NCBI GenBank assembly: GCA_013374855.1
Contig: CP055308.1
Coordinates: 178,277 to 242,276, forward strand
Source of the DNA: Candidatus Woesebacteria bacterium
GTDB taxonomy: Bacteria > Patescibacteriota > Microgenomatia > UBA8517
Length of the DNA stretch: 64,000 nt
Reading direction: 5' to 3'
Shown here one piece after another: positions 20,323 through 30,712 of this stretch. How positions within the stretch are numbered: the stretch's first letter is position 1; each line of letters begins with the position of its first letter. The notes beneath the pieces were generated by a model that had not been told where the DNA came from, did no database searches, and was given only the letters and a program-made list of their open reading frames with translations. The position numbers and the translations under genes were made by a program.

Positions 20323-21021
20323 TTACCTAGCAAACAATTTAAACAACCAACCAAACAGGCTTGTTGATTTCTCTTCAAGATTGATTCTATCCTGAAGCGC
20401 AGTATTCTGATCCATCAAAGCTTGAATTACCTCTTGCAGTTTATCTATCTCACTTTGATTTGTCAATTGGTTCTTTAATTGAGTCAGCTCCTGAATACGC
20501 AGCTGATTTTCCTCTACAACTTTCTGCATACTACCAAGAGCCTTGAAATCAGGACCAACAATAAATTTCAAAACACCACTGCGGCTCTCAATCTTCTGAA
20601 AATGAGACTGAATCTGCTGCTGGGCCTCTTTTTGTTCTTGAGCGACTTTTCTTACCCGCTCTCCAATACCACCACTTGCTATATCAGTAGTCAAAAGTTC
20701 TTCAACTTTGGCAGCGACTGCACTCATGTGTTCACGGGCATTTTCGCTTCTGGGCACAATATTATTTTCTTGATTTTCCTGCAAACCATCTTCGGATTCC
20801 TGCTCACGATTTTCCACCTGAATTTGAACTTCTTCACCTTTGTTTTGGGTTTTTACCTGGTTTTGATTTTGTGTAGCATTTCCCGAAGGCTGTGGAGAAA
20901 AAAGCTTTTGCTGCACCCTTTCGCTTGTTCCTTGACCTAAATTACTACCCTGCCCAAACACAACCCCATCAACAACTAAAAAGAAAGAGAAAAATAGCAA
21001 CAAAACAACAACCTTCTTCAT
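20323..21021 (-). CDS. Secreted Q/E-rich coiled-coil protein.
   Basis: Signal peptide and low-complexity Q/N/E-rich coiled-coil. Confidence 0.45.
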   Translation of the reverse strand: MKKVVVLLLFFSFFLVVDGVVFGQGSNLGQGTSERVQQKLFSPQPSGNATQNQNQVKTQNKGEEVQIQVENREQESEDGLQENQENNIVPRSENAREHMSAVAAKVEELLTTDIASGGIGERVRKVAQEQKEAQQQIQSHFQKIESRSGVLKFIVGPDFKALGSMQKVVEENQLRIQELTQLKNQLTNQSEIDKLQEVIQALMDQNTALQDRINLEEKSTSLFGWLFKLFAR

Positions 21022-21077
21022 TGTTTAATCACCCCCTTTTTTAACTTATTTAATATATCACCCATGAAATCAAAGTT

Positions 21078-21599
21078 CTATCTACATCTTCTACCCCGGC
21101 ACATCTGACCAAAAGGCCTGTCTTCATTATTTCTTTCTATTTGCTGATAAAACCTCCTCATTGGTCCGTGTCTAGACCAAGTTTCATTAATGCCAAAATA
21201 ATCAATCACCCAAGCAGCCAAAAAAATTGAGGCGATGAAAATTAAAACGACTAACCAAAAATTCTTTTTATAGGAAAAATCATATCTTTTCAAAAGAAGC
21301 ACAGCAACCAGGATGCTTACAATGGCCAAAAAAACCACCCACCAAGGAAATGTTGAAAACATCATCTCAAGCCTAACAATTCCCGGACCACGCTTCCTAA
21401 ATAGGAAAAAGACAATGTTAATCAAAAATATTGCCAAAATACTCAATCCAACCAAACCAATAAACGCCATAAAAGAACCAACCACAAAATACCATTTGGG
21501 TTTCATCTTTATTTTTCCCTCTCTTATCCTCTTCATAACATCCTCTTGGAGTCGGTCTAAATTTTTTTTATTTTTTATCATCTTTTTGATTCTTGGCAT
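21078..21599 (-). CDS. Membrane protein downstream of, and overlapping, the ECF sigma factor gene. Putative anti-sigma factor.
   Basis: 22-nt overlap with the sigma gene, several TM helices and a C-terminal Cys cluster (CRGRRCR). Assignment rests on position only. Confidence 0.4.
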   Translation of the reverse strand: MPRIKKMIKNKKNLDRLQEDVMKRIREGKIKMKPKWYFVVGSFMAFIGLVGLSILAIFLINIVFFLFRKRGPGIVRLEMMFSTFPWWVVFLAIVSILVAVLLLKRYDFSYKKNFWLVVLIFIASIFLAAWVIDYFGINETWSRHGPMRRFYQQIERNNEDRPFGQMCRGRRCR

Positions 21600-22123
21600 A
21601 TCTTTCTCATTAAGACCTTGGCACGATTAATTCTAGTTCCAACTGTGCCAACAGGTATTCTTAAGACATCACTTATTTCCTCATAAGATTTCTCATCAAA
21701 AAAATAAAGGATTAGCGGCTCTCTATAAATTACAGGCAATCTTTTTAGACAATAACGTGCCTTATCTTTTAATTCTTTCTCCACTAATTCATTTTCTAAA
21801 TCCACGCCACTGTCAAAATCAACATCCCCGTTTAAGACCGCTTGCTTCTTTTCATTCAAGACATTCATTGCCTCATTATGGGCAATACGATAAATCCAAT
21901 TGGAAAATTTCTTTCTGGTATCAAAACCATTTAAATTAACATAAGCCTTTATAAAAGACTCTTGCACAACATCTTCAGCTTTATCCTCATCTTCAGTAAG
22001 ATATAATGCATATCTTAATAATTTGTCTTTATATCTTCTAATAACTTCTGCATAAGATTCCTTGTCTTTCTTTCTAACATAATCCACTAGCTCCTCGTCT
22101 GATAAATTTTTTATTCCTTCCAT
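21578..22123 (-). CDS. ECF-type sigma-70 family RNA polymerase sigma factor.
   Basis: Region 2 (FSNWIYRIAHNEAMN) and region 4 HTH (SYEEISDVLRIPVGTVGTRINRAKVLMR). Confidence 0.8.
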   Translation of the reverse strand: MEGIKNLSDEELVDYVRKKDKESYAEVIRRYKDKLLRYALYLTEDEDKAEDVVQESFIKAYVNLNGFDTRKKFSNWIYRIAHNEAMNVLNEKKQAVLNGDVDFDSGVDLENELVEKELKDKARYCLKRLPVIYREPLILYFFDEKSYEEISDVLRIPVGTVGTRINRAKVLMRKICQESKR

Positions 22124-22219
22124 TCTTAACTATTCTACACAAGATTAAACCAAAGATACTCATTTTTTTACCAAAAGCCAAGCCCCGCCTAGAAAAGCGG
22201 GGACATGGCTTCTAGTAAA

Positions 22220-22639
22220 TTAACGAGCGTATCTACCGTAACCTTTTCCTTGGCCATAACCGGTGCCGTTTCTTACACCTAGTCCAAGTTCGGCTCTGAT
22301 TTGATCAGCTTCTTGAGTTTTGCCCTCAAGTCTTAGCTTGACCATTTCGGCAAACCGAGCAAAATTCTGTTCGTTAATCTTTCTTGTTACTCCTCTGCCA
22401 TCCATAAGCTTCTTCCAAGTGTTGTAATCCTTGTTTTTGATAGCAGATTGAACAGCCTCATGTTGCTCGGCAGTACAATTCGGCCCCAAAGTGTTTGGGT
22501 CACCTCTATAAGCAAAAGTATCAGATGCTGACAACAGCCAAGCACTTAAGATTAAAGTAAATATCACTAAAGTAGTTCTTTTCATTTTTATCACCCCCTT
22601 TCTACTTCTAATACCAAAATTCAGGTAATTTTCTTTCAA
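22220..22639 (-). CDS. Hypothetical secreted protein.
   Basis: Signal peptide (TTLVIFTLILSAWLLSASDTFA). Confidence 0.45.
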   Translation of the reverse strand: MKENYLNFGIRSRKGVIKMKRTTLVIFTLILSAWLLSASDTFAYRGDPNTLGPNCTAEQHEAVQSAIKNKDYNTWKKLMDGRGVTRKINEQNFARFAEMVKLRLEGKTQEADQIRAELGLGVRNGTGYGQGKGYGRYAR

Positions 22640-22717
22640 GCAACATTAACCGGAGAAAAAAATGAAAAAGAATAGCAAGTCTTTCGATTTTGGATTATAA
22701 TTCAAGAAATTAAAACT

Positions 22718-24022
22718 ATGGCAAAAAATCAAGGTCCCCTTTCAGGTTTTCGAGACATACTAGCTCCTGAGATGCTCTCACGGCAGGAAATGATTAACAC
22801 AATTAAAAAAGTCTATGAAAGCTATGGCTATACCCCACTTGAAACACCAGCTATAGAGCGATACGAAACACTACAAGGAAAATATGGTGAAGAAGGAGAG
22901 AAGCTTATGTATAAATTTACTGACCATGGAGGCAGAAAAATAGCTCTTAGGTACGATTTAACTGTTCCTCTTGCAAGAGTTGTTGCTCAACACAAAGAAG
23001 AAATTCCTCTACCCTACAAAAGGTATCAAATTGGCAATGTTTGGCGAGGAGAAAGCCCACAAGCTGGAAGATACAGAGAGTTTCTTCAGTTTGACGCAGA
23101 TATTGTAGGAACAAGTAGTCTACTTGCCGATGCTGAAGTGATAATGATGATGAGTGATGCAATGAGAGCATTGGGGGTAAATGCAGTTATTAGAGTAAAC
23201 AACAGAAAAATTCTTGACGGGCTTGCTCAAAAAGCAGGAATCAAGGACGCAAGTAGAGCAAGAAAGTTTTTCTCAATAATAGACAAAACAGAAAAAATAG
23301 GAATAAAAAAGACTATTGAGGAAATTCAGTTAAGTTTTGGTAAAAAAGAAGCAAAACTTATAGGAGAATTTTTGGAAGTAGATGGCACAACAAACGCCAG
23401 AATCAAGAAAATTAAAAAGATAATCGAAAATCAAAATCCCAACGATGGAATCTTGGAAATTGTGCAAGTATTTAAAATACTCGAAAGTGCAGGATATAGC
23501 GAATCTGAAGTGATCTTTGACCAGACCATTGCACGAGGGCTTGACTACTATACAGGCACAATATACGAGACAACACTGCTTGACTTTCCTCAAATAGGAA
23601 GTGTCTGCAGTGGCGGAAGGTATGACAATCTTATAGCCACACTTTCTGACAACAAAGTTGACCTTCCTGCAGTTGGAACATCAGTTGGGGTCGATAGACT
23701 ATTTACTGCACTAACCAAGCTTAAAAGAATCAAGCCAATTAAAACCAAATCTCAAGTTTTAATTACAAACTTTGACCAAAAAGACTGGGGTATTTATGTA
23801 AAACTGGCAAAACAACTTCGTCAAGAGAGGGTAGCAACTGAAATCTACTACGAGAATAGCAAACTAGACAAACAACTAAAATACGCCGATAAAATAGGAA
23901 TTCCTTGGATATTGTTTGCAGGGCCTGATGAAATTGCAAAAGGAGTAGTTAAGGTTAAAAATATGCAAAGTGGAGAACAAAAAACAATAACACTAAAAGA
24001 GTTTACCAAACTTCTTGTTTAA
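22718..24022 (+). CDS. hisS: Histidine--tRNA ligase.
   Basis: Class II motifs (RYDLTVPLAR, FQFDADIVG, GGRYDNL). Confidence 0.9.
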   Translation: MAKNQGPLSGFRDILAPEMLSRQEMINTIKKVYESYGYTPLETPAIERYETLQGKYGEEGEKLMYKFTDHGGRKIALRYDLTVPLARVVAQHKEEIPLPYKRYQIGNVWRGESPQAGRYREFLQFDADIVGTSSLLADAEVIMMMSDAMRALGVNAVIRVNNRKILDGLAQKAGIKDASRARKFFSIIDKTEKIGIKKTIEEIQLSFGKKEAKLIGEFLEVDGTTNARIKKIKKIIENQNPNDGILEIVQVFKILESAGYSESEVIFDQTIARGLDYYTGTIYETTLLDFPQIGSVCSGGRYDNLIATLSDNKVDLPAVGTSVGVDRLFTALTKLKRIKPIKTKSQVLITNFDQKDWGIYVKLAKQLRQERVATEIYYENSKLDKQLKYADKIGIPWILFAGPDEIAKGVVKVKNMQSGEQKTITLKEFTKLLV

Positions 24023-24033
24023 ATTGATAATCA

Positions 24034-24058
24034 CTTGACAAGGTCCGTCCTTGTCAAG
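24034..24058 (+). terminator. Perfect 10-bp stem hairpin (cttgacaagg/ccttgtcaag) immediately after the hisS stop.
   Basis: Inverted repeat read directly from the sequence. The downstream tract is A/T-rich but not a clean U-run. Confidence 0.45.
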
Positions 24059-24125
24059 AAACATTCTTCTCAAAAATAAAACTTTACTTTATGTTATAAT
24101 TTTATCAAAAGTAACCATTAATTTA

Positions 24126-26393
24126 ATGGAAACAGATTTTCTGCAAAATCAAGAAGGGGAAAAAACAGCAAACTACACTAGCCAAAACAGTACAAAAGGA
24201 AAAGTCGTAAATACCTTTCTGGAACAATTAGCAAGAACAGGAAGCGGACTAAAGAGCAAACTTAAAAATACCAAATATGTTATTATCCCTTTAACAATCT
24301 TCATAATATCTTCAGTTATACTAGTAATAGTACTTATCTACCGCCCCAAGAATAACTACCAACCTTCCAAATTCACAAAAACTGCGCCTCAGGACAATTG
24401 TGATAACATCTGTGACGAATTTGAAAAAAGACACCCTGAAAGCCCTTGTCACAAAACAGACTGTTTGGGTATAAGAGAAGAAATTTCTGTAAAAGCAACA
24501 GACTCAAGCTACAAAGCAGTTTCGTATAAACCTTCTGGTTGGTTTAAGAACTTACAGAATGCTGATTTAATGCTTTCTGGGTTTGGTTTTAATAATGCTG
24601 GAGGCCCTCTAATGTTTAACCATCAAGGAGGAATAACAAGCGATGGTAAGCGCCTTATACTTGCTGACAGGAACAATAATCGCGTCCTGATATGGAATTC
24701 ACTCCCAGAAGGCAACAAAGAGCCAGATATTGTACTTGGACAACCTGATTTCATAAGCAACAATCCAGGCACAGGACTAAATAATCTTAATTGGCCAGTC
24801 TCTGTTGCGACTGACGGGCAACATTTATTTGTTGCAGATACTTACAATAACAGAATTTTGATATGGAACAATTTCCCAACAAAGAATAATCAATCCGCAG
24901 ATATATATTTACAGGGTTCCGATCCGCCCAACCCAAACAAAAGAGGAAACATAATATGGCCTTGGGCTGTATGGACAAATGGTAGAAAACTAATTGTAAC
25001 AAGCACTATGGACAGTTCAATCCTTATCTGGAATAACATCCCAATCAAAAATAATCAAGACCCTGATATAGTAATAAAACTAGATGATTTTGGAACACCA
25101 AGAACAATAGGCAGCGATGGAACAAATCTTATAATAGGAGACCATAACGCTTTCAAAAAAGACAGAGGAAACTTCTTCTGGAAAAGTTTCCCAACCAAAG
25201 ACAATCAAAAATACGATTTCTTTATGAGAAATGCACCATCAGGATCAGATAGCAACACTTATGGAGAAATAATGTGGGGTCCAACTTTCACAGAAGATGG
25301 AAAGTTAATCCTACTGAGCGATAAACTTTACATATGGAACAAATTCCCTGAAACCCAAAATGATACTCCAGATATTGCTGTTGGTTCCTCTTTTGCTTCT
25401 AATCAAGGCTATGATTTCAGTGGATCACAAAGTGGAGATGGTTCTGGAATTGCTTACGCCAATGGTAAGTTATATATCTCCCTATCAAATGGAAACAAGA
25501 TTGTTGTTTATAATAGTATTCCGACAAAACCCGACCAAAAACCAGATTTTGCAATAGGCGCCCCGAATATTTATACAAATACACTAGAAACGGAGTTTAT
25601 CATAAGCAACCCAGTCCCAGCAACTGATGGAAAAAGTCTGTTCGTATCTTCTGATTTTGACCGTAAACTTTATGTTTGGAAAAAGCTGCCAGATGAAAAC
25701 AGAGCAAAACCTGACTATGTATACAGCAATTTGGACGCTCCGTGGGATAATGTAATAAACAAAGAAAAGCTAGTTCTTGCCGGGAAACAAACCGTTTACG
25801 TGTGGGACAAACTTCCTTTGAATGGAGAAATGCCAAACAAAATTTTTAGAAGCAGAATAGGAAGCATATCTTTCAAAGAATTAAGAGGTGTGGCAATGGA
25901 TGACAAATATTTTTATCTGGCCGACGAGTTAGCCAATAAAATCTATGTCTGGAAAGGGATTCCAGATGAGAATTCAGATCCTATTTTTAGCATAAATGTT
26001 GAAGCTCCGCTTAGATTATCCAGCGATGGAAAACATCTCGCCGTGTTATCTGCACCCGGCAGTAAAGTACTCATTTTTGAAGTAGAAAAACTTCCCAATA
26101 ACCAACCTAAATATCTGCAAGAGATGTTTAATCTTCCCCAAGGAGTGCTTGTTTATGATAATCATCTATTTGTCGCTGACACAAACTTCAACACAGTTCA
26201 TATTTGGACAAGCATAGAAGATGCAAAAGTCGGAAAAACAGCTGATATCTTCCTTGGTGTAAAAGGCAGAACTCCAGAAATAGGAGTAAACAAACTCTTT
26301 TGGCCCGCAGCACTAACATTTGATGGGAATTATCTCTGGGTAGGAGAATTCAAGTTTTCTGAAAGATTACTTAGATTTAGTGTCAAACAGTAA
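24126..26393 (+). CDS. Large membrane-anchored/secreted NHL-like beta-propeller repeat protein. The start is set at ATG 24126, because the listed TTG start at 24051 lies inside the hisS terminator hairpin.
   Basis: About nine repeats of the form NNR(V/I)LIWN..P / KLY(I/V)W(K/N)K(F/L)P spaced about 45-55 aa apart, with an N-terminal TM helix. Confidence 0.6.
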   Translation: METDFLQNQEGEKTANYTSQNSTKGKVVNTFLEQLARTGSGLKSKLKNTKYVIIPLTIFIISSVILVIVLIYRPKNNYQPSKFTKTAPQDNCDNICDEFEKRHPESPCHKTDCLGIREEISVKATDSSYKAVSYKPSGWFKNLQNADLMLSGFGFNNAGGPLMFNHQGGITSDGKRLILADRNNNRVLIWNSLPEGNKEPDIVLGQPDFISNNPGTGLNNLNWPVSVATDGQHLFVADTYNNRILIWNNFPTKNNQSADIYLQGSDPPNPNKRGNIIWPWAVWTNGRKLIVTSTMDSSILIWNNIPIKNNQDPDIVIKLDDFGTPRTIGSDGTNLIIGDHNAFKKDRGNFFWKSFPTKDNQKYDFFMRNAPSGSDSNTYGEIMWGPTFTEDGKLILLSDKLYIWNKFPETQNDTPDIAVGSSFASNQGYDFSGSQSGDGSGIAYANGKLYISLSNGNKIVVYNSIPTKPDQKPDFAIGAPNIYTNTLETEFIISNPVPATDGKSLFVSSDFDRKLYVWKKLPDENRAKPDYVYSNLDAPWDNVINKEKLVLAGKQTVYVWDKLPLNGEMPNKIFRSRIGSISFKELRGVAMDDKYFYLADELANKIYVWKGIPDENSDPIFSINVEAPLRLSSDGKHLAVLSAPGSKVLIFEVEKLPNNQPKYLQEMFNLPQGVLVYDNHLFVADTNFNTVHIWTSIEDAKVGKTADIFLGVKGRTPEIGVNKLFWPAALTFDGNYLWVGEFKFSERLLRFSVKQ

Positions 26394-26775
26394 AACCCAA
26401 AGAAACTAGTTGTGTTTCCCTCTATCAAACATTCTTTTCTTTTTTGATAAAATGTTCCGACAGCGCCAATACATCTTCAATTATCTTCTGCAGAAAAATT
26501 CCCTATAATTAAATAGACATTACTTAATTACACTCTTTCACCAAATAACCAGGTTCCCCCAAAACCTTGCATATGAGTATTAACACATAGACACAATAAC
26601 AAATCACCCAATTTACGACCATCAAACATAAAACCATGTAACTCTCTCTTTTTGTTAGTAAAAATTAATCCCTCAATCAGTTAAAATGGATAAATCTACA
26701 GTATTCTTAGAAGAAAAAGAATTCTGAAAAAAACAAAAAACGATTTCCCAAAAAAAATAAAATCAGGTACTAAAA

Positions 26776-27927
26776 TCACCTTTTCCCACTACCCGAAAAA
26801 GCCAAAGAGGCTATTGCTGTAGTAACAGGAACTGCCAAAATAAGACCAATACTCCCAACTAAAGTCCTAATAATCTCCTCAGCAACCACTTCCAGATTGA
26901 TTATTTCTGAAAAGGAGCGACTGCTATCAATAAAAAGAATAAGCAAGGGAAGAGAAGCGCCCGCATAAACCAAAACGAGTGTGTTAACCATTGAGGCAAT
27001 GTGGTCCTTCCCCACAGCCATTGCTTTAGCGTAAATTTCAGTCGGTTTAAGTTTTGGGTTTGCTGTCTTTAGCTGCTCAACAATTGCAGATTGCGAAACT
27101 GTAATATCATCCAATACTCCAAAAACACCAATAATAATTCCTGCTATAAGCAATCCTTTAACGTTTATTAAATCACCTTTGTATGTCTGCAAAAAACCAG
27201 CCTCCTCTGATGCAAAACCAGTAAGCTTAGAGGCACCCACAAAAAGACTGGTCAAAAGACCAGTGAAAACTATAGAAATAAGCGTTCCCAAAATCGCCAC
27301 AATGGTTTTTTTATTAAAACCATGAGAAAGAACAAATGTAAGAGGAATTATCATTAAAGATCCAAATACTGCTACTTGAACTGGATCCTTACCTCTGGAT
27401 ATCTCAGGAAGAATAAACTTCAAAATAACCAAAAAGGAAAAAGCCATACCAAACAAGGAAGACACTCCTTGAAAACGACCAACCAAAACAACCATAAATA
27501 CAAAAGTCAAAAACGCAAAAAGTAAAGGTTTTCGCCTAACATAATCTGTAATATAAAAATTATCTTTACCCTCAATATTCTTAGTGTAGCTTATAACCAG
27601 TTCGTCACCTACCTTATATCTTTGCAAGCCACTGATAGATAAAATTCCGTTTTCTATAATTATTTTATTACCCTTTAAAGATCCATTTGTTATCAATATT
27701 TCAAGCTTTTGATAAATCTGCGGCTCCTTTGCGCCAGCTGGGACTATTTGTTTTTCTTCCAAAACATTCAAAACTTTTCCCTCTAAAGTCTCTTCTTTAT
27801 ACTCGGTAGCAAGCGATTGACTATCCAAATTAGCTTGTTCTTGAAAGATTTCATCTTGAGCTATAACCTTTGATGAAAAAAACAACAAAAACAAAAAGGA
27901 TACCAAAATAAATTTTTTGTTTAACAT
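26776..27927 (-). CDS. Polytopic membrane protein with a signal peptide and an N-terminal extracytoplasmic domain (YibE/F-like architecture).
   Basis: Signal peptide, a ~110 aa soluble domain, then about seven TM helices. The family assignment is tentative. Confidence 0.45.
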   Translation of the reverse strand: MLNKKFILVSFLFLLFFSSKVIAQDEIFQEQANLDSQSLATEYKEETLEGKVLNVLEEKQIVPAGAKEPQIYQKLEILITNGSLKGNKIIIENGILSISGLQRYKVGDELVISYTKNIEGKDNFYITDYVRRKPLLFAFLTFVFMVVLVGRFQGVSSLFGMAFSFLVILKFILPEISRGKDPVQVAVFGSLMIIPLTFVLSHGFNKKTIVAILGTLISIVFTGLLTSLFVGASKLTGFASEEAGFLQTYKGDLINVKGLLIAGIIIGVFGVLDDITVSQSAIVEQLKTANPKLKPTEIYAKAMAVGKDHIASMVNTLVLVYAGASLPLLILFIDSSRSFSEIINLEVVAEEIIRTLVGSIGLILAVPVTTAIASLAFSGSGKR

Positions 27928-27974
27928 AAAGAAACAACCAAAAAATAATTTATTTGATTATTACAAAAACTCAC

Positions 27975-28955
27975 TCACAAGACTATATTAAAGATATAAC
28001 CCATAATCATAATGCCAACAACCGTAATCCCAAAAAACAAAGCCAAAAGCTGCCATCTCATAACTTTTTTTAAGATCATTGCTTGGGGAAAAGAAATTGT
28101 CACAACCGCTGTCATAAAAGCAAGTGCCGTCCCCAATGGCACTCCCTTAAGAACTAAAGCCTCCATAACAGGAACAACACTAACCGAGTTAGCATAAAGA
28201 GGAGAACCAAAAAGAGTTGCCAAAGGAACTGCCCACCAAGTTTTAGCTGCCAAGTATTGTTCTACTAAGTGAGCCGGCACAAAACCATGAATTAAAGCTC
28301 CAATACCTACTCCCAAAACCACATAGGGAAATACTTCTTTAGTAATCGTCATGCCATCCTTCCAAAAGTAAACTAAAAGTTCCTTTAAAGGCAATGCTAT
28401 CCCTCCGTATTCCTCCTCTACTTGTTTCCTTGATTTAAATCTTAAAAGTTCTTTTTTAACATATTTCTCAACCCGCAACTTATGAATTAACATTCCTCCC
28501 AAGATTGAAACAGCAATACCAATAAGATTATACAAAACAGTTACTTTTGCCCCAAACATGGCAGGAAAAAGATAAAGAGACGACTCATTAACAAGTGGGG
28601 AGCTAATCAGAAAAGCAAAGGTTACACCCAGAGGAATCCCTGCCCCCAAAAAACCAATAAAAAGAGGAATGGAAGAACAAGAGCAAAACGGAGTAATTAC
28701 TCCAAGAACAGCGGCAAACAAGTAATCCAAACCAAACCAACGTCTTTTTGTGAGTATGTTTCGCACTTTTTCCATTGGAAAATAATAGCGGGTAATTGCC
28801 ATAAAATAGTTAATAACTACCAAAAGTAATCCAATTTTCAAGACATCATAGACAAAAAAATTAACAGCACTACCCAGATAAGACTGCCTATCCAAATTAA
28901 GCCAATTATAAGCAACCAAGTCAGCAAAAATTTGTAAAGGCTTAAAAATATCCAT
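27975..28955 (-). CDS. Predicted permease (DUF318/ArsP-like family) with a CxC motif.
   Basis: ITPFCSCSSIPLF motif characteristic of the family; 8-9 TM helices. Confidence 0.7.
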   Translation of the reverse strand: MDIFKPLQIFADLVAYNWLNLDRQSYLGSAVNFFVYDVLKIGLLLVVINYFMAITRYYFPMEKVRNILTKRRWFGLDYLFAAVLGVITPFCSCSSIPLFIGFLGAGIPLGVTFAFLISSPLVNESSLYLFPAMFGAKVTVLYNLIGIAVSILGGMLIHKLRVEKYVKKELLRFKSRKQVEEEYGGIALPLKELLVYFWKDGMTITKEVFPYVVLGVGIGALIHGFVPAHLVEQYLAAKTWWAVPLATLFGSPLYANSVSVVPVMEALVLKGVPLGTALAFMTAVVTISFPQAMILKKVMRWQLLALFFGITVVGIMIMGYIFNIVL

Positions 28956-28958
28956 AAA

Positions 28959-29201
28959 TCACTTCTGTGCCTCCTTAATAAGACTCTTAATTTTTTCTAC
29001 ATCAGGCAGAAAGCCAACCATCACAGGTCTCCCATTAACTGCAAGCACTGGGCTTGACACAACACCCATCTCAATAATTTTGGAAACATCAGTAATATAT
29101 TCAACCTCATCTTTGAGACCCAATTCTTTGACTGCCTGCTGAGTTAGCTCATACAATTTTTTACAAGTGGGACAACCAGAACCCAAAACCTGGATTTTCA
29201 T
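28959..29201 (-). CDS. Thioredoxin-fold small protein (redox-active disulfide protein 2-like).
   Basis: GSGCPTCKKL active site. Typical partner of DUF318 permeases. Confidence 0.75.
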   Translation of the reverse strand: MKIQVLGSGCPTCKKLYELTQQAVKELGLKDEVEYITDVSKIIEMGVVSSPVLAVNGRPVMVGFLPDVEKIKSLIKEAQK

Positions 29202-29557
29202 AGTTTCACCTCCTTTGGAATTCGAAATATTAAATTAGTAACTTTTCTACCTTTTTCAGTTAGTGAGTAATACACTCGCAAACCTTTCTTTTCATCTGCC
29301 ACAACACCCATATCTTTTAGGTCTTTAAGGTGATGGGAAATTAAACTCTGAGACATATTTAAACACTCTACAATCTCACAAACACAATGCTTTCCTCCAC
29401 GAAGAACATAGAGAATCTTCAATCGACTTTCCTCAGATATTAGCTTAAGAAGATAGGATAAAGACTTAGTCTGCTTCATTTCTCGCCCTGATAGCAAACA
29501 ACAACTATATGAACACATATTCATATATAATATTTGTTTATTTTTATTTGTCAACAA
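29198..29557 (-). CDS. ArsR/SmtB-family metalloregulatory transcriptional repressor.
   Basis: HTH CVCEIVECLNMSQSLISHHLKDLKDMGVV; overlaps the downstream gene by 4 nt (operon). Confidence 0.8.
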   Translation of the reverse strand: MLTNKNKQILYMNMCSYSCCLLSGREMKQTKSLSYLLKLISEESRLKILYVLRGGKHCVCEIVECLNMSQSLISHHLKDLKDMGVVADEKKGLRVYYSLTEKGRKVTNLIFRIPKEVKL

Positions 29558-29602
29558 GAAGTTAAAATAATACCAATTAACACTTCAGAAACTAGAGCTA
29601 AA

Positions 29603-29669
29603 GGACAAAATAATCCGATATACCTTAACAAAACCCTTTGGAATTATCCTTAATTTTGCCGATATCAAC
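29603..29669 (+). mobile_element. Remnant copy 1 of the 3' end of a serine-recombinase-type gene (one of three near-identical tails at 29.6, 41.2 and 46.0 kb).
   Basis: About 65-bp match to 41239-41305 and 46002-46066 (...aatagtccgatataccttgataaaacc.tt.gacac.atcct.aattttgc.gatagtcaa). Confidence 0.5.
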
Positions 29670-29676
29670 TTTTTGG

Positions 29677-29765
29677 CTCAAACGATGGGATGATTATAGA
29701 ACAATTGACTGGGCAAATGAACTGGAATACCCAGAATTTACAACCAAGGAGGTAAATCGTTCTCT
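29677..29765 (+). repeat. About 88-bp direct repeat, copy 1 (copy 2 at 31355-31443). Encodes the peptide fragment LKRWD(D/H)YRTIDW(A/P)NELEYPEFT.
   Basis: Near-identical stretches read directly from the sequence. Confidence 0.7.
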
Positions 29766-30712
29766 CCAGCTTAAACAGTATCTTCAAACTTCACCTACCA
29801 GACCTTTTTCATAGAGAAACCAACTATCATCATAGTCCTCTTTATGCTTCCTGGGTATTTTCCCATTTATTTTTTGATCTCGTTACTTAAAACATGATAA
29901 CGCGCTATTGCATGAGGAAGAGAGGAAAAAGGTGAGACGATAAAAAGTTCTTCCAAAAGATACAAGAGTTTATCTTTTTGTTTAGCCTCTAAAAAACAGC
30001 GATTAAAACTCTGGGCATAAAGTTTACTTAAATCCTGATAAGGATTTTGGTCTTAAAGAGAACAAATTTTTGGATTAGGGAGTTAAGAATAGCTTTTTCT
30101 TGCTTTCGTTACAGCCCTTTTGGCTAAATTCTGGAGACCGGTTAATCTTATCTCACCGAAGTGGATAACAGCTCTTGCCCTTTTAAATCGGCAATAGTAT
30201 TCTGTGCAGAGGTCTTGAAATTTTTTGGCTAGCATAACCTTTTTTATTTTAATTTTAAATAAAAATGGAGAGAATTCAGTTGTTTAGATCTTACTTGCCG
30301 GTAAGTTTGCTAGGGTCCTGGTTGCACCCGCAGCTTGCCCCTCTACTATAGTCTGGCTCGATTCTTTGGTTGGCCTCTAGTGCCTTGACAGGGTCAAAGT
30401 AGGCAAGACCATCAGGGCCTTCGTAGTAGGTTTGGTAACCGAAGGTTTTTAGCGGGTCTGAACCAAACTTACGAGAAAGTTTGAGGTCTCAAAGTATGAT
30501 TTTTCAAAAGTAAATATTGGACTTTTTGGGCAAATTTTAAAAGAAAATGGAACAGAAATAAAAGAGCTTTTAAAAATTTAAGAAGTTTTGTCTTTGAGAA
30601 ATATTTGGGTTTTTACTAACATAAAAAAAGGAAGGATAGAACTTTAAGTTTCTTTTGTTGTGACCAGACGCTTTATCTCCTTTTTGGAGTACCCTTCCTT
30701 AAATTTGATTAC

